Shown here in pieces: positions 45,259-49,260 of a DNA stretch of 49,260 bases. Within the stretch, counting starts at the first letter, position 1, and each line of letters opens with the position of its first letter. The notes under the pieces are model-generated. The model searched no databases. It was not told the origin of the DNA and saw nothing but the letters and a program-made list of their open reading frames with translations. This stretch comes from Bifidobacteriaceae bacterium. GTDB lineage: Bacteria > Actinomycetota > Actinomycetes > Actinomycetales > WQXJ01. Position numbers and translations under genes: made by a program. The stretch is from assembly GCA_031255835.1 (NCBI GenBank), contig JAIRRT010000079.1:1-49260 (forward strand), written 5' to 3'.

Positions 45259-47832
45259 TTAGGGCGTCGGCTCGTCCGTAACCCGGCCGATGGCGTCCGA
45301 CGGTTGGGGGGTGTACGTGGTCAGCACCGTGCCGTCGGCCAGGCGGGCGCCGGCCAGATCCCGGACGGTTGGGGCGCCCAGCAGGCGCGGTTGATCCTGT
45401 TGCTTCAACGCCACGGTGACCGGCCGGCCGGCTCGCACAGCGACTGGCTCTCCGCGGACGGTGAACTCGGCCGCCTCGCCTTGCTCCACGGTGAAGGTGA
45501 CCTCGCGCTGGCCGAGTTCAACCCGGACCCGGGTGCCGCGCAATGTCACTTTGAAGCTCAGGCCAGACCACAGCTCCGGAAGGCGCGGATCGAAGGAGAT
45601 GCCGGCATCGCCATCGCGCATTCCGCCAAATCCGAATACCAGGGTGCTCCAGACGCCCCCGGCGGCCGCGATGTGAATGCCCTCGGCCGTGTTGTCATGC
45701 AAATCGGCCAGGTCCAAGAAGAGCGAGCCTCGGAAGTAGCTTTGGGCCAGTTCTTGGTAGCCGACTTCGGCTGCCATCACGGCCTGGGTGACGCCGGACA
45801 GCGATGAATCCCCGGTTGTCAGCGGATCGTAGTAGTCGAAGTCTGCGGCTTTCTCCTCTGGAGTGAAGTCATCGCCTCTCAGATACTCGGCCAGTACAAC
45901 ATCGGCTTGTTTGAGGACCTGGAAGCGGTAGATCACGAGAGGGTGATAGTGCAGCAGGAGTGGGAACTTGTCCGGGGGTGTTTCTGCGAGGTTCCACACT
46001 TCCTTTTCCAAGAACTGGTCATCTTGGGGATGGATGTGGAGTCTGGAATCATATGGGATGGCCATTGCCTCGGCCGCCCGCAGCCATTCCTCTGGCTCGG
46101 ATTCATCCAATTCGAGGCGAGCAACCACTCGCTCGTATACCTGTGGATCGGCTTGCTTGATCTGTTTCAGCGCCCGGGCTGCGGCTCGCAGGTTGAACCG
46201 TGCCATCACATTTGTGAAGACGTTGTCGTTGACAACTGTGGTGTACTCATCTGGTCCGGTGACGCCGTGGATGTGGAACTGCTCATCTCCGCCGGCCCGC
46301 CAAAAGCCAAGATCGGCCCACATTCGGGCGGTTTCCACCAGGACGTCAATCCCGGCGCGTTCCAGGAACGATGTGTCCTTAGTGGCGGCTAGATACTGGC
46401 ACAGCGCATAGGAAATGTCTGCGTTGATGTGGTACTGAGCTGTGCCGGCCGCATAGTAAGCCGATGCTTCTTCACCGTTGATGGTGCGCCATGGGTAGAG
46501 AGCGCCATCGGAGGAAAGCTCACGGGCACGGCTGCGGGCTGCCGGCAACATGGTGTATCTGAAGCGTAGGGCGTTGCGGGCGAACCGTGGTGTGGTGTAT
46601 GTGCAGAACGGCAGGACATAGATCTCTGAATCCCAAAAATAGTGCCCGCCATAGCCCGAGCCGGTCACGCCTTTGGCGGGGATTCCGGACCCTTCGGCCC
46701 GTCCTACGGCTTGAGCCAGCTGGAATAGGCACCACCGCACGGCCTGCTGTACATCTGGCTTGCCGTGTATCACCACGTCGCTGCGTTCCCAAAAACCGTC
46801 CAACCATTCGCACTGGTCCGTCCAAAGGGCTGCCACGCCGGCCGCCCTGGCTCGGTCCAGGGTCCGGCTGCATCTATCGGCCAATTCCGCAGCAGGCGCG
46901 CTGCGGGAGGTGTGGTACGCCACCAGTTTGACGATTCTGACTGTGCAGCCCTGCGGGATGTATGCCCGGTACATATGCTCTGCTGCATCAGGCCGGACCA
47001 CGCCTGTTTCCTCGATATCCACCGGTTGGGATGTCTCGATTGAATGGTCGGCTGCCACCGCGACTGTCATCTGCGAGTTGGCCACTGCGTAGCCCAGTGC
47101 ATACCGGCCGCCGGAGCGCCGCTGCACTTGGGGCACAAAGACTCGGCCAACAAGAGCGTCGGCCCGCCTGGGGTCGAATCCGCCTGGGCCGGCATCGTCC
47201 AACTCTGAACGGCTTGGCTGGTCAAGGGGCTCAAAGGACGTTCCGTCGGAGTACTCGTTCGCCCCGTCTTGGCGGTTCAGGATCTGGGAGGAGATGGCCA
47301 CCGGCGCCCCTGAATCCATCATCGTGAACTCGTATGTCATCACCGCAAGATGGCGCTCGGCAAAGGAAACCATGCGGGTGGAACGGATATGAATCTGCTT
47401 GCCGGAAAGCGTCCGCCACACCAGATTCCTTTCCAGCAGCCCGGAGCGGAAGTCAAGCCGCCGCTCATAGGATTCTAGATCAGCCACAGACAACAGCAAG
47501 GGCTCGTCATCAACGTAGAGTCGAATGACGGACGTGTCCGGGACCGAGACGATTGTCTGCCCCACGGTCGCGAAACCGTACGCATCCTCAGCGTGCCGGA
47601 TTCGGCTCGTTTCATGGAAGCCGTTGATGAACGTGCCATGAGCCAGCGCTGGGCGTCCCTCCTCGGGGTTGGCGCGCATTCCCAAATATCCGTTGGCAAC
47701 AGCGAAAACACTCTCGCTGGCGCCAAGTCCAGCTTCCGAATAGCTGATCTCGCGAAGGTTCCACTCATCCACGGGGAACCGAGTGCGGTCCAAGAACGCG
47801 CGCGGAGTCTGGCTGGCCGGCGGGGCGTTCAT
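45259..47832 (-). CDS. Glycoside hydrolase family 65 disaccharide/glucoside phosphorylase
   Basis: The product is 857 aa. The N-terminus is VFAVANGYLGMRANPEEG, the catalytic region is GSGYGGHYFWDSEIYVLPF, and the (alpha/alpha)6 region is present. Confidence 0.9.
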   Translation of the reverse strand: MNAPPASQTPRAFLDRTRFPVDEWNLREISYSEAGLGASESVFAVANGYLGMRANPEEGRPALAHGTFINGFHETSRIRHAEDAYGFATVGQTIVSVPDTSVIRLYVDDEPLLLSVADLESYERRLDFRSGLLERNLVWRTLSGKQIHIRSTRMVSFAERHLAVMTYEFTMMDSGAPVAISSQILNRQDGANEYSDGTSFEPLDQPSRSELDDAGPGGFDPRRADALVGRVFVPQVQRRSGGRYALGYAVANSQMTVAVAADHSIETSQPVDIEETGVVRPDAAEHMYRAYIPQGCTVRIVKLVAYHTSRSAPAAELADRCSRTLDRARAAGVAALWTDQCEWLDGFWERSDVVIHGKPDVQQAVRWCLFQLAQAVGRAEGSGIPAKGVTGSGYGGHYFWDSEIYVLPFCTYTTPRFARNALRFRYTMLPAARSRARELSSDGALYPWRTINGEEASAYYAAGTAQYHINADISYALCQYLAATKDTSFLERAGIDVLVETARMWADLGFWRAGGDEQFHIHGVTGPDEYTTVVNDNVFTNVMARFNLRAAARALKQIKQADPQVYERVVARLELDESEPEEWLRAAEAMAIPYDSRLHIHPQDDQFLEKEVWNLAETPPDKFPLLLHYHPLVIYRFQVLKQADVVLAEYLRGDDFTPEEKAADFDYYDPLTTGDSSLSGVTQAVMAAEVGYQELAQSYFRGSLFLDLADLHDNTAEGIHIAAAGGVWSTLVFGFGGMRDGDAGISFDPRLPELWSGLSFKVTLRGTRVRVELGQREVTFTVEQGEAAEFTVRGEPVAVRAGRPVTVALKQQDQPRLLGAPTVRDLAGARLADGTVLTTYTPQPSDAIGRVTDEPTP

Positions 47833-49220
47833 GATGCCTTCGTTTGGCTGGTGCTGGAATGCGGGCGGCGCACGTCAACCACGCTGCCTGTCATATTGGA
47901 AGCCAGGACATTCAAGGCGGCCTGGGCAGCCCTTTCCGGCTGCAGCAGACTCTTGGGGTCCTCAGGGCCAAACGCTGCCAGTCGCATCGGGGTTTGAGCC
48001 CGTTCTGGGTTGAGAACGTTGACCTTGATGCCTTCGGCCGACCATTCAGCAGAAAGCGCCTGTGTCAGGTTGACAACGGCCGCCTTGGACGAGGAATACA
48101 GGGCGTAGCCTTCACGCCCCCGGGTATAGGACGATGACGTGAACAGCAGCAGGTGGCCGTGGGATTCGGCCAGATACCGGTGGGCCGAGCGGGCAACGTT
48201 GACTGGCCCGGCATAGTTGACGGCGATCAACTCGTTGACTTGTTCCTCGCTCATTTCATCCAGGCGGCCCATTTTCAACAGCCCTGCTGTCACGACAACA
48301 GCGTCGATCCGCCCGTGTTCGCGGTAGGCCGCCGTCAGCGCCCTATCGACAGCGGAGGAGTCCTCGACCCGCAGTCCGGTGGTTGACCTCGAGTGTGCCA
48401 GCACCTTGGCGCCGGCGTCTCTTGCGCCGCGCACAATATGCTCACCAATCCCATAACTGCCGCCAATGACCACAATGACTTTCCCTTTGAGCGCGGCAGC
48501 GGGTTGGCTGGGGCTCCTGCCCTCTGTCTTTTCAGTCCGCACTTGGAAGAGTTTGTCGGCTATTGCGAAATCGATCGGGTGAGTGATCTTGATGTTGTCT
48601 TCAGAGCCGTGGACACAAACAACGGGCACGTCGGGGCAGTAGGCAATAACGACACCACAATCATCGGTGGCCTTGAAGTCGGGATCCTGGGCGGCGGCAT
48701 CGTACGCCCTGCGCAGCACTGAAAGGTGGAAGGCTTGTGGGGTCTGGCCGCGGCGCAAGCGGGCCCTGTCGGGAATCGATTCAATCGTATTGTCGGCGCC
48801 AACTTGAACAATCGTGTCGGATGATGGGATAACCACATCAACGGCTTTGAATCTGTCCAATGCGGTGACACAGTCGGAGATGATCCGCTCGTCGAGAAGG
48901 GGACGGACGGCATCGTGCAGGACAACCTTGGCCTCGTCATCGTCTATGGCATCGACAACGCGCCGTGTGGTGTCGGTTCTGGCCTTCCCACCTGGTAGAA
49001 CGCGCGTCACCTTCGGATGATTGGCCAGAAGGTCGGTCACCTCATCGAAAAGAGACGGGGTGATCATGACGATGACCTCATCGATGCTCTGGGACGCCGC
49101 CATCACTCCGACGGTGTGCTCAAGGATCGACTTGCCAGCCACCTTCTCCATTTGTTTGGGCCTCTCGACCCCGGCTCTCTCGCCGACTCCGCCGGCCAGA
49201 ACCACCCCGTAGGTGCGCAT
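47829..49220 (-). CDS. Fused IspD/TarI-like cytidylyltransferase and short-chain dehydrogenase (Bcs1-type CDP-ribitol synthase architecture)
   Basis: The N-terminus is VVLAGGVGERAG...PKQ. The C-terminus has the SDR Rossmann motif KVIVVIGGSYGIGE and YSSSK (YxxxK). The stop overlaps the GH65 start (ATGA). Confidence 0.8.
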   Translation of the reverse strand: MRTYGVVLAGGVGERAGVERPKQMEKVAGKSILEHTVGVMAASQSIDEVIVMITPSLFDEVTDLLANHPKVTRVLPGGKARTDTTRRVVDAIDDDEAKVVLHDAVRPLLDERIISDCVTALDRFKAVDVVIPSSDTIVQVGADNTIESIPDRARLRRGQTPQAFHLSVLRRAYDAAAQDPDFKATDDCGVVIAYCPDVPVVCVHGSEDNIKITHPIDFAIADKLFQVRTEKTEGRSPSQPAAALKGKVIVVIGGSYGIGEHIVRGARDAGAKVLAHSRSTTGLRVEDSSAVDRALTAAYREHGRIDAVVVTAGLLKMGRLDEMSEEQVNELIAVNYAGPVNVARSAHRYLAESHGHLLLFTSSSYTRGREGYALYSSSKAAVVNLTQALSAEWSAEGIKVNVLNPERAQTPMRLAAFGPEDPKSLLQPERAAQAALNVLASNMTGSVVDVRRPHSSTSQTKAS

Positions 49221-49260
49221 CCAACTCCCTCACTCATGAATCTGCGCCGCGTGGACGTTT

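Overview
This is a high-GC actinobacterial chromosomal segment with about 36 supportable genes. No rRNA, tRNA, CRISPR array, transposase or integrase gene was recognised.

Layout from left to right:
- An HTH-antitoxin/PIN-toxin pair; the PIN gene looks 3'-truncated.
- A TPP (THI-box) riboswitch. It is hidden inside the 5' extension of a six-frame ORF and drives a two-domain ABC permease and ATPase with no binding-protein gene.
- The HspR/HAIR-controlled dnaK-grpE-dnaJ-hspR operon.
- A Pro/Ala-rich tail-anchored protein, serS and a DagK-family lipid kinase.
- A gene of about 1960 codons for a wall-anchored surface protein (signal peptide, Ig-like domain, vWA domain, 12 tandem repeats of about 130 aa of CARDB/DUF11 type, LAKTG sorting signal).
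- pheA, a rhodanese sulfurtransferase, a large polytopic membrane protein and a GT2 glycosyltransferase.
- A DUF5926-like protein, pgm, a small secreted protein, hrpA and a DprE1-like FAD-oxidase homologue.
- An accessory island of about 4.2 kb (32.0-36.25 kb). It holds a C-rich, repeat-laden non-coding stretch, 105-bp direct repeats bracketing a lower-GC lipoprotein cassette, an orphan membrane protein and a YhcG/DUF1016 PDDEXK nuclease.
- A tightly coupled 2-oxoacid:ferredoxin oxidoreductase operon (gamma-alpha-beta) whose ferredoxin-like delta module is fused to a GltD-like NAD(P)H flavoprotein.
- Threonine aldolase, a secreted HEXXH protein, a YbjN-like protein and a low-complexity membrane protein.
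- A GH65 glycoside phosphorylase translationally coupled to a Bcs1-like fused cytidylyltransferase/SDR (CDP-ribitol synthase type).

The most noteworthy items are the riboswitch context, the repeat island, the OFOR-GltD fusion operon, the GH65/CDP-ribitol coupling and the giant repeat adhesin. No complete, clearly novel multi-gene defence or mobile system could be demonstrated from sequence alone.
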